Shown piece after piece: positions 7,742-18,394 of a stretch of 64,000 bases of DNA. The stretch is from an uncultured Gammaproteobacteria bacterium. Lineage in GTDB: Bacteria; Patescibacteriota; Patescibacteriia; UBA11705. Below the pieces are notes generated by a model that was given only the letters and a program-made list of their open reading frames with translations, made no database searches and was not told where the DNA came from. Where the stretch lies: the NCBI GenBank assembly GCA_964592195.1, contig CAZQEI010000007.1:5082-69081 (forward strand), written 5' to 3'. Every line of letters begins with the position of its first letter. The first letter of the stretch is position 1. Both the position numbers and the translations under genes were made by a program.

Positions 7742-10585
7742 ATGACAGAAAAGAGAACGAAATTTATCATCATCGACGGGAATGCTTTGGCACATCGAGC
7801 ATGGCACGCTATTCCGCCGTTGAAAACCAAGGATGGACGCATTGTAAATGCGGCGTTTGGGTTTACTTCAATTTTATTGAGAGTATTGAAAGATTTAAAA
7901 CCAGAATATATTGCAGTAACTTTTGATTTGAAAGGTCCGACTTTTCGTCATGAAAAATTTGAAGACTACAAAGCGCAACGGGTGGCACAGGCGGATGAAT
8001 TCTACGAACAATTCCCAATTATAAAAGATATTGTCCGAGCTTTTAATATTCCCATTTACGAAGAACAAGGGTATGAAGCTGATGACGTGATCGGTACTTT
8101 GTGCAAACATCCGCAAGTGGATAAGAAAAATATTTTGTCAGTGATAGTGACTGGAGATAAGGATACCTTGCAATTAATTGATGACAATACTGAAGTATTT
8201 ACTTTGCGTAAAGGCATGAGTGATACAGTGACCTATGATACAAAAGCGGTGATTGAAAAATTCGAAGGGTTAACACCAGCTCAAATGATTGATTACAAAG
8301 CTTTGCGAGGTGATCCGTCTGATAATATTCCCGGTATTAAAGGCATTGGTGAGGTGACGGCGATTCAACTGTTAAATGAATTTGGAACATTGGAAAACCT
8401 TTACGAAGCTTTAGAAAAAAAATCAAAACAAGTCGAAACTATCAAAGAACGTATTCGCGGTTTGATTATTGATCAAAAAGAACAATGCTTGATGAGTAAA
8501 GATTTGGCAACGATTAGAACAAATGTGCCAATGAAATTTGAATTGGAAGATTGCGCGATTAAAAGTTTTAACAAAGATGAAGTCTATCGTTTGTTTTCTA
8601 GTTTGGAATTTCAAAGTTTGTTAGTTCGTTTACCGAGTGAAAGTATGGTGGTGGAGGAAGTGGAAGAGAGGAAGATGGAACAGGGTGGGTTGTTTGCAAG
8701 CGAGATAAGCAAGAATAGCGAGATAAGCGAGGTAATTAAAAAAGCAAAAAATCAAAAAAACAATAAAGCAACGGCAAACGAAATAAAGCAAGTTTACCAC
8801 CTGATTGATAATGAAGAAAAGTTTCAGGGGTTTATTAAAAAATTGGAAAAGCAAAAGATATTTGTTTTTGATACTGAGACAACTGGGTTGAATCCGCGGG
8901 TGGCGGAATTGTTGGGTGTCAGTTTTTCATGGCAGGCGGGGGAAGCCTATTATGTGGCTTTAAACGCAGAGGAGGCGAAGAAAAAAGAGTGGTTATTAAC
9001 CATGAAAAAGATATTTGAAAATGACAAAGTAAAAAAATGCGGGCAGAACATGAAATTTGATGCCATGATGTTGAAGATGAATGGCATTGAAATGGAAAAC
9101 TATTATTTCGACACCATGATTGCTTCCTATTTGTTAAATCCTGGAACCAGACAACATGGTTTAGATCATTTAGCGTTTACCTTATTTCAATATAAAAAAA
9201 TTGCGACCACCGAATTAATTGGCACAGGCAAAAAACAAATTACTATGGCCGAGGTGCCGATTGAAACTGTTTCTAATTATGCTTGTGAAGATGCAGACTT
9301 TACTTGGAGAATCTATGAAGTCTTGGAAAAAGAATTGGAAAAAGAAAATTTGAGAAAATTGTTTAATGAAATCGAAATGCCTTTGGTTCCAGTGCTAATT
9401 GAAATGGAATTTAACGGAGTAAAGATTGACGTTGATCGCATCAAAGAAATAAATCAAAAAGTTTCTCGCACCATTAAATCTTTAGAAAAGAAAATCTTTG
9501 AATTAGCCGGCGAAGAGTTTAATATCAGTTCGCCATTGCAATTGAAAGTTATTTTATTTGATAAATTGTTAATCCCAACTCAAGGATTAAAGAAAACTAA
9601 AACCGGAATTTCAACAGCGGCTCCGGAACTGGAAAAGTTAGCTGGTCAACATGAGATTATTGATTATTTATCTCAATATCGCGAGTTGACCAAGTTGAAA
9701 TCAACTTACTTGGATGCTTTACCAAAATTAATCGATAAAAAAACCGGTCGTGTTCATACCAGTTTCAATCAAACTGTGACTGCGACTGGAAGATTATCTT
9801 CCTCAGATCCAAATTTACAAAATATTCCTATTAGAAATGAGTGGGGCAAGGAAATGCGCAAAGTTTTCGTGGCTGATCATGGCAATCGTTTGATCGCGGC
9901 GGATTACTCACAGGTGGAATTGCGAGTGATTGCCTGTCTGGCCAAAGATGAAGTTATGATGGGCGTGTTTAAACGTGGCGAAGATATTCATCGAGCAACG
10001 GCAGCTAAAATTTTTGGTGTGGAACCAAAAGATGTGACCGATGATATGCGTCGCAAGGCGAAGGAAGTTAACTTCGGCGTTTTATATGGTATGGGCTCCA
10101 GTGGTTTATCCCAACGAACAGGAATTTCCCGCGTTGAAGCTAAAGAATTTATTCAAAAATATTTTGATACTTATAAACGAGTGAGAGAATACACTGAAGA
10201 GATGGTGGAACAAGCACACAAGAACGAAGTGGTAGAAACTTTATTTGGTCGTAAGCGATCGTTGACGGAAATAAACGCTAGTATGCCGATGTTGCGTGCG
10301 GCCGCAGAAAGAATGGCCGTGAACATGCCAATACAAGGCACAGCCGCTGATTTGATGAAAATTGCGATGATTGAAGTTTATAAAGAAGTGAAAAAAGTCA
10401 GTCCGAAAACCAGAATGTTACTTCAGGTTCACGATGAATTGGTGTTTGAAACTCCGTTGGCTGAAGTGGAAAAAGTAGCAAAAATCATTGATGATAAAAT
10501 GGAAAAAATTCATAAACTCGCGGTGCCGATTAAAGTGGAGACTGAGGTGGGGAAGAATTGGGATGAGATGTCTGTGGTGGCGTGA
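7742..10585 (+). CDS. polA: DNA polymerase I
   Basis: 5'-3' exo (IDGN, YEADDVIG, GDPSDNIPG), 3'-5' exo (FDTETTG, YACED), polymerase motifs DYSQVELR, RRKAKEVNFGVLYG, QVHDEL. Confidence 0.98.
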   Translation: MTEKRTKFIIIDGNALAHRAWHAIPPLKTKDGRIVNAAFGFTSILLRVLKDLKPEYIAVTFDLKGPTFRHEKFEDYKAQRVAQADEFYEQFPIIKDIVRAFNIPIYEEQGYEADDVIGTLCKHPQVDKKNILSVIVTGDKDTLQLIDDNTEVFTLRKGMSDTVTYDTKAVIEKFEGLTPAQMIDYKALRGDPSDNIPGIKGIGEVTAIQLLNEFGTLENLYEALEKKSKQVETIKERIRGLIIDQKEQCLMSKDLATIRTNVPMKFELEDCAIKSFNKDEVYRLFSSLEFQSLLVRLPSESMVVEEVEERKMEQGGLFASEISKNSEISEVIKKAKNQKNNKATANEIKQVYHLIDNEEKFQGFIKKLEKQKIFVFDTETTGLNPRVAELLGVSFSWQAGEAYYVALNAEEAKKKEWLLTMKKIFENDKVKKCGQNMKFDAMMLKMNGIEMENYYFDTMIASYLLNPGTRQHGLDHLAFTLFQYKKIATTELIGTGKKQITMAEVPIETVSNYACEDADFTWRIYEVLEKELEKENLRKLFNEIEMPLVPVLIEMEFNGVKIDVDRIKEINQKVSRTIKSLEKKIFELAGEEFNISSPLQLKVILFDKLLIPTQGLKKTKTGISTAAPELEKLAGQHEIIDYLSQYRELTKLKSTYLDALPKLIDKKTGRVHTSFNQTVTATGRLSSSDPNLQNIPIRNEWGKEMRKVFVADHGNRLIAADYSQVELRVIACLAKDEVMMGVFKRGEDIHRATAAKIFGVEPKDVTDDMRRKAKEVNFGVLYGMGSSGLSQRTGISRVEAKEFIQKYFDTYKRVREYTEEMVEQAHKNEVVETLFGRKRSLTEINASMPMLRAAAERMAVNMPIQGTAADLMKIAMIEVYKEVKKVSPKTRMLLQVHDELVFETPLAEVEKVAKIIDDKMEKIHKLAVPIKVETEVGKNWDEMSVVA

Positions 10586-10677
10586 GGAAGAAGTAACCGG
10601 TAACCCGTAATCGGTAACCAGTAAAAAGAAATTTGTTCTCGATAACTATAATCAAAAATCTAAAATCTTTAATCTTT

Positions 10678-11877
10678 GTGTCCACGCACGAAACAATTAA
10701 TCTCACCGGCACTGTTACTCCTGAAAATCAAGGGAGTTTAGTTGACGTTAACGAGGAATTGCATAAAACGAGTGAAGCGATTAAACAACAAGGGAGGACA
10801 CCGGAAAATGTGTTGAGGGCTTTAGCCTTGGTAACTAAAATGGGCGATATTGTTAAGCAAGAAAAACAGGAAATTAAAAAAATACATGTAGATTTTAGCA
10901 AGTTTGAAGAATTGGAAAGAATTGAAAATATAAGAGAGGGTGTTTCCAATATTAATTTTTTAGCGCCTGATAGTTTAATCTTTTCTCTAAAACATCTAAC
11001 TGATGATAAAGAGTTGTTGTATTCAATGAAATTGGATGATTCTCAGACGGTCGCACGTATGCTGAATCCTTCAGGTGGGGCGTTATCTGTCAGCCCCGGG
11101 TTGGATTTTATGGACGCTAGCCAATCTGAATTTTTGGTTTATGGTGGTTCTGATGGTTTGCGAGTTTTGGATTGTAGAAAAAAGGGTGAAGAAAATCTTG
11201 TCTATCTGCCACTGAATGGGATTGCATGTAAGTTTGCCATTTCTTTGGATGATGAAGAAGTTATAACTAATGATGAAGATGGCTTCCAGATTATCCATGG
11301 AGTCCATCCTTTTGTATCAAGAAAGTCGGTGCGTTCAAAAGATTTGATTACTGATTCAATTGGTAGAATTGAGTGTGGGGTTAAGTTAAAGAATGGCAAA
11401 ATAGCGTTTGGAACGGCAGAGGGTGGGTTAGTGGTGTATGATATTGGAAATAATAGTATGTTGAGGGTGCGGGTTGATAATATATTACCGAAATATTCAT
11501 TAATCAGTTTAGCGGAATATGATGATAATAAAGTCCGGGGTGTCTATTTGAGAGTGGGCACAACTACTGCCAAATTTGTAAATTTTGACACAGAAACTGG
11601 TGAGGCGATTCCTTGTGGAGATGCGTCGTTTACCGCCTCGACAATGATGCCATTAGAAAATGGTTTAATTGCTTTTGCTTCCGGTTATAACATATCAATT
11701 GTAAATGGAGAAACCAACAAGTTAGTAACACTTTTAAAGGGTAAAAAAAATGGTAGAAGTACTGGTAAAATTGATCAAAGAATAACTGGTATGACTCGTT
11801 TGCCTGATGGACGAATAGTAGTATGTCGTGAAGATGGAAATATTGTTTTTTATGGTGATCCAGATGTTAGCGAGTAG
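10678..11877 (+). CDS. WD40-like beta-propeller protein, tandem paralog 1
   Basis: Blade motifs LKNGKIAFG and RLPDGRIVV..EDGNIVFY; N-terminus aligns with paralogs, start GTG 10678. Confidence 0.65.
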   Translation: MSTHETINLTGTVTPENQGSLVDVNEELHKTSEAIKQQGRTPENVLRALALVTKMGDIVKQEKQEIKKIHVDFSKFEELERIENIREGVSNINFLAPDSLIFSLKHLTDDKELLYSMKLDDSQTVARMLNPSGGALSVSPGLDFMDASQSEFLVYGGSDGLRVLDCRKKGEENLVYLPLNGIACKFAISLDDEEVITNDEDGFQIIHGVHPFVSRKSVRSKDLITDSIGRIECGVKLKNGKIAFGTAEGGLVVYDIGNNSMLRVRVDNILPKYSLISLAEYDDNKVRGVYLRVGTTTAKFVNFDTETGEAIPCGDASFTASTMMPLENGLIAFASGYNISIVNGETNKLVTLLKGKKNGRSTGKIDQRITGMTRLPDGRIVVCREDGNIVFYGDPDVSE

Positions 11878-11879
11878 GT

Positions 11880-12027
11880 GCGAGGGATGAGGTATGAGGG
11901 ATGAGCTATGAGCGGTTAGCGTTAAGCGGTAAGCGGTTAGGGATTGGAATTAAGAATTAAGAATAAAAATATAATTGAATTCGTATCACGTTTAACGTAT
12001 CACGCTTTACGAATTACGAATAACGAA
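11880..12027 (+). repeat. Composite heptamer array, near-duplicate of 13240-13466
   Basis: GGATGAG/GCGGTTA/GAATTAA/TTACGAA units. Confidence 0.85.
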
Positions 12028-13236
12028 ATGTCATTTAACGAAACAATTAATCTCACCGGCACTGTTGCTCCTGAAAATAAAGGGAGCTTAGTTGACGTCA
12101 ATGAAAAACTGCATGAAACGAGCGAGGCGATTAAAAGACAAGGACCAACGTCGGGAAATGTGTTGCGAGCTTTGGCGTTGGTGGAGGAAATGAGTGGACT
12201 TGTTCGTGAAAATAGTTTTGGTAATTTTGAGCATAAAGATTTTGCCAAGTTCGAAGAGTTGGATCGGGTGGAATTGAGAATGACATGTTTGGAACAAGTT
12301 GATTTTTTACCTCCGCATTATGTTGTCGTCTCCGGCGTGAGTCAAGCCGTGCATGTTCTTGATTTAACCAAAATGGAAGATAGATCTTCTATCGAAGATA
12401 TTTTAGTCACGAAAAATACAAAAAGAGGAGATTTGAGTGAATTAGTCGCTGACGAGAGGGGTAAATTTGATGCTTTGATAAAACTGAATAGTAAGGCAAT
12501 CGTATATTTACAAGATTATACTTGGTATCGCAAAGAAAAATTCAGTCATAATAATAGATATCCCACTCCTTTGCGACCACGATTCATGCTAAATCTCGAA
12601 AATGGAAAGATGTTGACTAATGATACCGACGGATATCAAGTGTTGGATTTTTCAAGCGGCATTAGGGAAACATCAATGCGTTCAGGTTTCAATATACCCG
12701 ATCAAGAACTCGGACAGCTGACATGCGGGATTAGAATGAAAAATGGACGAGTGGCTCTGGGAAATGAATCTGGTGAATTAATGATTGTTGATCCCCATGA
12801 TAAGCAAGCTTTGAAATGGCGCAGTCGAATTACAGATGATACGGATCGTTATTCGGTACAAAACATTGTTGAATATGATGATAATAAATTATTACTTATA
12901 ATTAACGAAAAGAATAAACCGAATAGTGATAATTTGGTTTTGTCTATTGATTTTAATGCCTCTGCTCCTGATTTTGTTCATAAATTTCAATATCGAAATA
13001 CTGTAATGTTGGGCTTGGGAGGTGGTAAAATTGTTTTTCCTACAGGCTGGACATTGAATTTCGAAGATGCGGATAAGTCTTTGATTATTAATGTAATTTC
13101 TAATAAAAAAGATTTTGTGAACGATGGACCTAGTAATGAACATATTGTTTCCATGATGCGTTTGCCTGATGGCAGAATCGTGGCGGGAAGAATTGACGGG
13201 ACGGTGGTGTTTTATGGGGAAGCGAGAGAAGAATAA
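12028..13236 (+). CDS. WD40-like beta-propeller protein, tandem paralog 2
   Basis: MSFNETINLTGTVAP leader; MKNGRVALG and RLPDGRIVAG..DGTVVFY. Confidence 0.65.
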   Translation: MSFNETINLTGTVAPENKGSLVDVNEKLHETSEAIKRQGPTSGNVLRALALVEEMSGLVRENSFGNFEHKDFAKFEELDRVELRMTCLEQVDFLPPHYVVVSGVSQAVHVLDLTKMEDRSSIEDILVTKNTKRGDLSELVADERGKFDALIKLNSKAIVYLQDYTWYRKEKFSHNNRYPTPLRPRFMLNLENGKMLTNDTDGYQVLDFSSGIRETSMRSGFNIPDQELGQLTCGIRMKNGRVALGNESGELMIVDPHDKQALKWRSRITDDTDRYSVQNIVEYDDNKLLLIINEKNKPNSDNLVLSIDFNASAPDFVHKFQYRNTVMLGLGGGKIVFPTGWTLNFEDADKSLIINVISNKKDFVNDGPSNEHIVSMMRLPDGRIVAGRIDGTVVFYGEAREE

Positions 13237-13239
13237 AGA

Positions 13240-13466
13240 ATTAGGAAGTAAGGGATGAGCTATGAGCGGTTAGCGGTAAGCGGTAAGTGATTAGGGATTG
13301 GAATTAAGAATTAAGAAGTAAGGGATAAGGAATGAGCGATTAGCGATTGGCGGCAAGCGATTAGGAGTTAGAATTAAGAATTAAGAATTAAGAATAAAAA
13401 ATCTAATTGAATTCGTATTACGTTTAACGTTTAACGTATCACGCTTTACGAATTACGAATAACGAA
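13240..13466 (+). repeat. Composite heptamer array
   Basis: Expanded version of the 11880-12027 spacer. Confidence 0.85.
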
Positions 13467-14678
13467 ATGTCATTTAACGAAACAATTAATCTCACTGGCA
13501 CTGTTGCTCCTGATAAACAAGGGAGCATAGTTGACGTCAATGAAAAATTGCACGAAACGAGTGAGGCGATAAAAAAACATGGCCGAACGCCGGAAAATAT
13601 TCGGCGAGCTTTGGATTTAGTTCAAGAAATGTCTAGATTAATTCCGAGAGAGATAAATTTCAGAGAATTTAAACACAAAAACATTAAAAATTTTAAAGAA
13701 TTGGATCGGTTACACGATGTTGGTGTTGGTTTGTGCTCGGTGAACTATTTATCACCTGACAAACTAGTGGTGTCTTACGCCCAAGAAGCAAAACCGAAGG
13801 TTATTGATCTTAGTAAAATTGTAAACAGAGATTTTGAACAAGATGTTTTTGTTGAAGATATAAAAACTGATAAAAGAGTTAATATTGCAACTCGAGAATC
13901 GAATAAACAAGATTATTGGTGTGAGTTGAATGAAAATGATTTTGCTTATATAAACAAAGGAAGAATAACTTTTTGCGTTGATGGCGTTTCTAGGCAAATA
14001 TCTTATCCAAGAGGACATAAATTTTGTTTACCACTTGAAGACCATTTTGTATTGACAGACTCTGATTCAGGTTTTTTGGTGGTTGATTATAAAAATCCTG
14101 AGTACCCTATTGTTAAACGATCGGGTGAAATGATGCCTGATTTAACACTTGGAAAATTACACTCAGCAATTAAATTACAAAATGGTAATTTCGTTTTTGG
14201 TACTGATAACAATGAAATTGCGGTTGTAGATTTTAATAATCAAAATGCACCATTGGTTTGGCACGACGAAATGCCAGGTGGATTTGAATCAGATGTGATA
14301 AAAATTGTTGAATATGCTCCAAATAGATTATATGTCATTTCCAGGAGAAGAACTGGAGGAAATGATTTGATGCTGATTGCTGTTGATATTAATACGTATT
14401 CTATGAGATTGAAGGAATCTAGATTCCCCTCGCAGTATATGCTTCCGTTAGGTGATGGTTTTGTTTGTTACGCAGACGGTTACAGACTTTTTATAAAAGA
14501 CTTAAATACAAACAAAGATGGCAAAGTTATTTATGGAGAATTTGGGGAGCCTAGCGCAGGACCAAAAGAAAGCCAAATTACAGATTTGATTCGATTACCT
14601 GATGGGCGACTCGTGGTTAGTAGATTAGATGGGAAGGTAATATTTTATGGTGATCCCGATGTTGATAATGAGGTGTGA
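13467..14678 (+). CDS. WD40-like beta-propeller protein, tandem paralog 3
   Basis: Same leader; LQNGNFVFG and RLPDGRLVV..LDGKVIFYGDPDV. Confidence 0.65.
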   Translation: MSFNETINLTGTVAPDKQGSIVDVNEKLHETSEAIKKHGRTPENIRRALDLVQEMSRLIPREINFREFKHKNIKNFKELDRLHDVGVGLCSVNYLSPDKLVVSYAQEAKPKVIDLSKIVNRDFEQDVFVEDIKTDKRVNIATRESNKQDYWCELNENDFAYINKGRITFCVDGVSRQISYPRGHKFCLPLEDHFVLTDSDSGFLVVDYKNPEYPIVKRSGEMMPDLTLGKLHSAIKLQNGNFVFGTDNNEIAVVDFNNQNAPLVWHDEMPGGFESDVIKIVEYAPNRLYVISRRRTGGNDLMLIAVDINTYSMRLKESRFPSQYMLPLGDGFVCYADGYRLFIKDLNTNKDGKVIYGEFGEPSAGPKESQITDLIRLPDGRLVVSRLDGKVIFYGDPDVDNEV

Positions 14679-14687
14679 GGAAATAGT

Positions 14688-14838
14688 ATTAAGAAGTAAG
14701 AAGTAAGGGATAAGGAGAAGGAGAAGGAGAAGGAGAAAGTAATAAGTAACCAGTAACCTGTAACCGGTAACCAGTAACCAGAAAAGGTACTCTGTAAGTA
14801 TAATCTCGTATTACGCTTTACGAATTACGAATACCGAG
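14688..14838 (+). repeat. Composite 6-7-mer array
   Basis: TAAGAAG, AAGGAG, GTAACC[AG], TTACGAA units. Confidence 0.8.
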
Positions 14839-14902
14839 TTCCCAATTGACATTAATCATGAATTAATTTAACATAACTAAGCTCTTCAAAAGGGGGGAAC
14901 AT

Positions 14903-15508
14903 ATGACAAAGCTATTAATAGGCTCGAATAATCCGGCGAAGTTGGCGACTTTTAAATTGTTGCTGGATGATTATGGTTTTGATGTTGTTTCTCCGAAGGA
15001 AATTGGAATTAACGAAGATGTGGAAGAAACGGGAAAAACTTTTGAAGAAAATGCTCTTTTGAAAGCTAAGTTTTATCATGAGAAATCAGGGTTACCAACT
15101 TTGGCTGATGATGGTGGTATTGAAATCGATGCGCTTGATGGCGCACCGGGTGTTTACTCTCATCGTTGGGCAGGGGAACCACCTGAAGGTGTGGACGTTG
15201 ATCAACATTTGCTCAATACCACCTTGGAAAAAATGAAAGACGTTCCAGCGGAAAAAAGAACGGCTCAGCTGGCTAGCACGTTATGTTTAATTTTACCGGG
15301 AAAAGAACCTGTCTTTGTTAATTCAGGGATAAAAGGCCACATCACTAGCGAACAACAAGCGCCGATTCGACATGGTTTTCCGTATCGTTCAATATTTGTT
15401 TCCGATGATATGGGCAAGTTGTTGGCTTTAGCAACGGAGGAAGACTTGAAACGATTTGATCACCGGAAGAACGCACTGAAGCAGTTGGATAAATATTTGA
15501 GAAGTTAA
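14903..15508 (+). CDS. Non-canonical purine NTP pyrophosphatase (RdgB/HAM1 family)
   Basis: SNNPAK, EETGKTFEENALLKA, LADDGGIEIDALDGAPGVYS, C-terminal DHR..AL. Confidence 0.9.
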   Translation: MTKLLIGSNNPAKLATFKLLLDDYGFDVVSPKEIGINEDVEETGKTFEENALLKAKFYHEKSGLPTLADDGGIEIDALDGAPGVYSHRWAGEPPEGVDVDQHLLNTTLEKMKDVPAEKRTAQLASTLCLILPGKEPVFVNSGIKGHITSEQQAPIRHGFPYRSIFVSDDMGKLLALATEEDLKRFDHRKNALKQLDKYLRS

Positions 15509-15643
15509 AAATAGACCTCGCGATTGCGGGGTTTTTTTGTATTACCGATATACTGATTGATTACCGATTTTACAGATATTACGGATGTATTACTGATAAA
15601 GATTTATGAATTTACTACGGATAATATAAGAAAACACATTTTA

Positions 15644-15750
15644 AGAGATTGCTTCGTCGTCTAACTCCTCGCAAAATAGTAACCTATTCTGTCCCGAAGG
15701 GATCCCTTTGGGACGAGCCCCGAGATAATCGAGGGGCGTGGCAGTCTCAA
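15644..15750. repeat. REP-like palindrome remnant with nested hairpin
   Basis: GAGATTGC...CTCGCAA and ...GGCAGTCTC ends; internal GTCCCGAAGGGATCCCTTTGGGAC palindrome. Confidence 0.6.
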
Positions 15751-15901
15751 AATCATTTTGCTATTTGTTACATGTTCTATGCTACATGTTACATGTTTTT
15801 GCTAATTTTATACAAAATGCTATGCTTTAATTGACAGGCTCTGCCTGAGAAGATAAGATGAAAAGTCGCTCATTGACAACAAAACACCCAAGGAGGACAT
15901 C

Positions 15902-18271
15902 ATGGCTATCAAGACTGCTACTCAGTTGGGCTTTGATGCCATCAATGGGATTGTGCAGGATCGGCGGTTGGCGCGACAAATTTTGTCTTTGACCGCTTTT
16001 CGTATTCAGTTCTCGGAAGGTTTTATTGAATTAATGGCGCCGAATATGAAGGAACGCGCGTTGTTGGAAAAGTTTGTGTTTCACGCTGATTTGAAAGATC
16101 TCGGTCATCGTTTGTTGCAGATTCATCTGGAAAAAATTATTCTGGGAATTATTCTGGACATTTATCAAACTGAGATTTTGAAGCAGTCGATTCCCAAGGA
16201 TAACTTCAAAGTGCTAGTTGATTGTTTGCATCTGGATTTGATGCTTCAAATTCAGCATGAAAAAACAGAATCGGATTCTTCATCTGTGAGTGATGATCAA
16301 TTTGTTATCATCGCGACTGAAGCTGAAGTGAATATTGAAGCTGGCGCTCTGATGGTCGCGCAACATGAACAGAAGATGCTTTCAATCCAGTCGCCAATGA
16401 ATTATTTAGCTTCACCGGAAGGTCAACAAAAATTCAAGGCGTTTATTGAAGAAAAGTTAATGCAGACAGTTCAAGATTTGGTTGATTTACCAAGAATCTC
16501 TGATCCAACCTTGTTCGCTGAAAAACTTCGTTCTGTCAGCTCTATGATGCGTAACAATCTTAAGCAAGATGATTTTATCCAAGCCGCAACTATGAACTTC
16601 GATGAACGTCCGCCCGAGTCACGTCGCGTGATCGCGGAAGTTTTGAAACATCATGGTTTGAATCCGACTCTGTTGGATAATGTCGCATTCCTGTGCTCAG
16701 ATCGTCCGGCAGCAGTGCAAATCGAGTCAATCAATGTGCTGGTTCGTTGTTTGGACAAGACTGTGGATCAAACTGAAACTGATTTAGCTGCGATTTCCTT
16801 GTTGAAAGTCTTTGCCGAAGGCGCAAAAGTGGAAGTGCAAGTGCACGCCCTTCGCGCTTTAGCGAATAACGCGCAGATCATTCTTCAACGTTTGCCAAAT
16901 TTTCTCGAACGCGGTCGCATTCTGGATACGGTTAAAACAGTTTTGCTGGAAAATCCCACGGCGTTTGTTGAAGATGCCAAACGATTGCTGTTGCATTTCG
17001 GTTTCTTCAAGCGTGACCTGGTAGTCAATTCACTCCTTGATGAACTGCAAAATGTTTCTGATTCAGATGTTATTTGCGTTTACCTGGACCTAGTTGAAGA
17101 TTTGGCTGATAATGATCATGATAAAATTCAAGCCTTCAGTAAGCGATGGAAACTGTTTGAAACTGTTCAAGTCACTCGGCCGGATTTGGCGGAAAAGATT
17201 GAAAAACAATTTCGAGCTCAAGTGCCTAATTCATTGTTGAATTTGTTTACTATTTTCCCTGAATTATCAGTTGAAATGAAAGTGTATTTTGTTGGTGTGC
17301 TTGATGACATCTTCGCGGCTAGAATTAAACAATCAGACTCTGATACTTGTCAATTGATTGCCAAAGAGTTTTATCGCTGGGCGGTTAAAGATCACGAAGA
17401 CGTGGCGCGAGCCATTCTTCTCGGTCATACTGTTTACTGTCTGCGGTTGGATAACAACTATTTGAGTCGGTATTGGCCTTGCATTCTTAGAACTTTGACT
17501 TGGTTGCAAACGCAAGAAAATTTTGAAACGCGTTTGTTGGAATCTGAACATTTGCATTGGATGGAAATGGTCGCTTTGTTGGAAAAAAGCCGTGGTTTGG
17601 AAATGAAAATGTGGTTGGCTAAGGTGGCTGTTCAAAAAGCTTGTAAATTGTCATTGACTTCCAGGACGGTAAGCGCGAATCTGGTCGAGTATCAAAAAAG
17701 TTTGACCAATTTGCTTTTGGCGATCAATAAAATGATTGTTGAAATGACGCTTAGTCATAGTGAATTAGTTACGGTGTTCAGATTCTGTCAGGAATTGGTT
17801 CGTTCTCCTTTGGCAAATGAAAAGTTTGTTAACACCATGATTTTGGAAGTTCAGCTGGCTATCTCTGGAAAGTCAGATAACTACAAGAAATTGTTAATCG
17901 TTCTCTTTACCAATCTGGCAGATAGTCCGTTGATTACCGCTAGAATGGTGACTGAATGTTTGCGTGTCTTTATTCTTACTGTGGAACAAGACATTCCACC
18001 GTTACCAGAAAGTGGACCACCAGCCGTACCGGCATCAGTGCCCGAACTGGTGGAAAAAGCTTTTGCTGGTATGGCGGCGATTATTAACGGTGGTCGTTTG
18101 CCAGATGTGGCAAAGTTCAGTCTGAATCGTAAGTTGCGAGAATGGCATAGTCAGCGTCCGAAGGTCATGACCGGTTATATTCCCGGTTGTCAAACAACAG
18201 AAGTGGAAGATGATTTTAAATCTCAATTGGCTCGGTTAATGGATCTGATCAAGGCTACGAATATTAGTTAA
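15902..18271 (+). CDS. Large all-alpha hypothetical protein (HEAT/ARM-like)
   Basis: 789 aa Leu-rich amphipathic helices (e.g. VQVHALRALAN); own promoter, SD AAGGAGG and terminator 18278-18302. Confidence 0.6.
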   Translation: MAIKTATQLGFDAINGIVQDRRLARQILSLTAFRIQFSEGFIELMAPNMKERALLEKFVFHADLKDLGHRLLQIHLEKIILGIILDIYQTEILKQSIPKDNFKVLVDCLHLDLMLQIQHEKTESDSSSVSDDQFVIIATEAEVNIEAGALMVAQHEQKMLSIQSPMNYLASPEGQQKFKAFIEEKLMQTVQDLVDLPRISDPTLFAEKLRSVSSMMRNNLKQDDFIQAATMNFDERPPESRRVIAEVLKHHGLNPTLLDNVAFLCSDRPAAVQIESINVLVRCLDKTVDQTETDLAAISLLKVFAEGAKVEVQVHALRALANNAQIILQRLPNFLERGRILDTVKTVLLENPTAFVEDAKRLLLHFGFFKRDLVVNSLLDELQNVSDSDVICVYLDLVEDLADNDHDKIQAFSKRWKLFETVQVTRPDLAEKIEKQFRAQVPNSLLNLFTIFPELSVEMKVYFVGVLDDIFAARIKQSDSDTCQLIAKEFYRWAVKDHEDVARAILLGHTVYCLRLDNNYLSRYWPCILRTLTWLQTQENFETRLLESEHLHWMEMVALLEKSRGLEMKMWLAKVAVQKACKLSLTSRTVSANLVEYQKSLTNLLLAINKMIVEMTLSHSELVTVFRFCQELVRSPLANEKFVNTMILEVQLAISGKSDNYKKLLIVLFTNLADSPLITARMVTECLRVFILTVEQDIPPLPESGPPAVPASVPELVEKAFAGMAAIINGGRLPDVAKFSLNRKLREWHSQRPKVMTGYIPGCQTTEVEDDFKSQLARLMDLIKATNIS

Positions 18272-18394
18272 AAATAATACCTCGCAAATGCGGGGTTTTT
18301 TGTTTGTGAAAGAAAACAATAAAACAACAAAGCAAAAAAGCAATATTAAAACAAAAAACCCTGAATTCTCAGGGTGATTTAATTTTACAAAATA

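Noticed and set aside
7742-10585. UGA recoding (code 25) as in Gracilibacteria/Absconditabacteria
   Set aside because: Long conserved genes have no internal TGA, and polA ends on TGA at the expected position.
10678-14678. Diversity-generating retroelement acting on the propeller genes
   Set aside because: No reverse transcriptase, and no template/variable repeat pair differing mainly at adenines.
15649-15834. 61-aa ORF, and similar short ORFs at 5141, 31854, 37319 and 40662
   Set aside because: Translations of repeat arrays or antisense frames with no protein-like signal.
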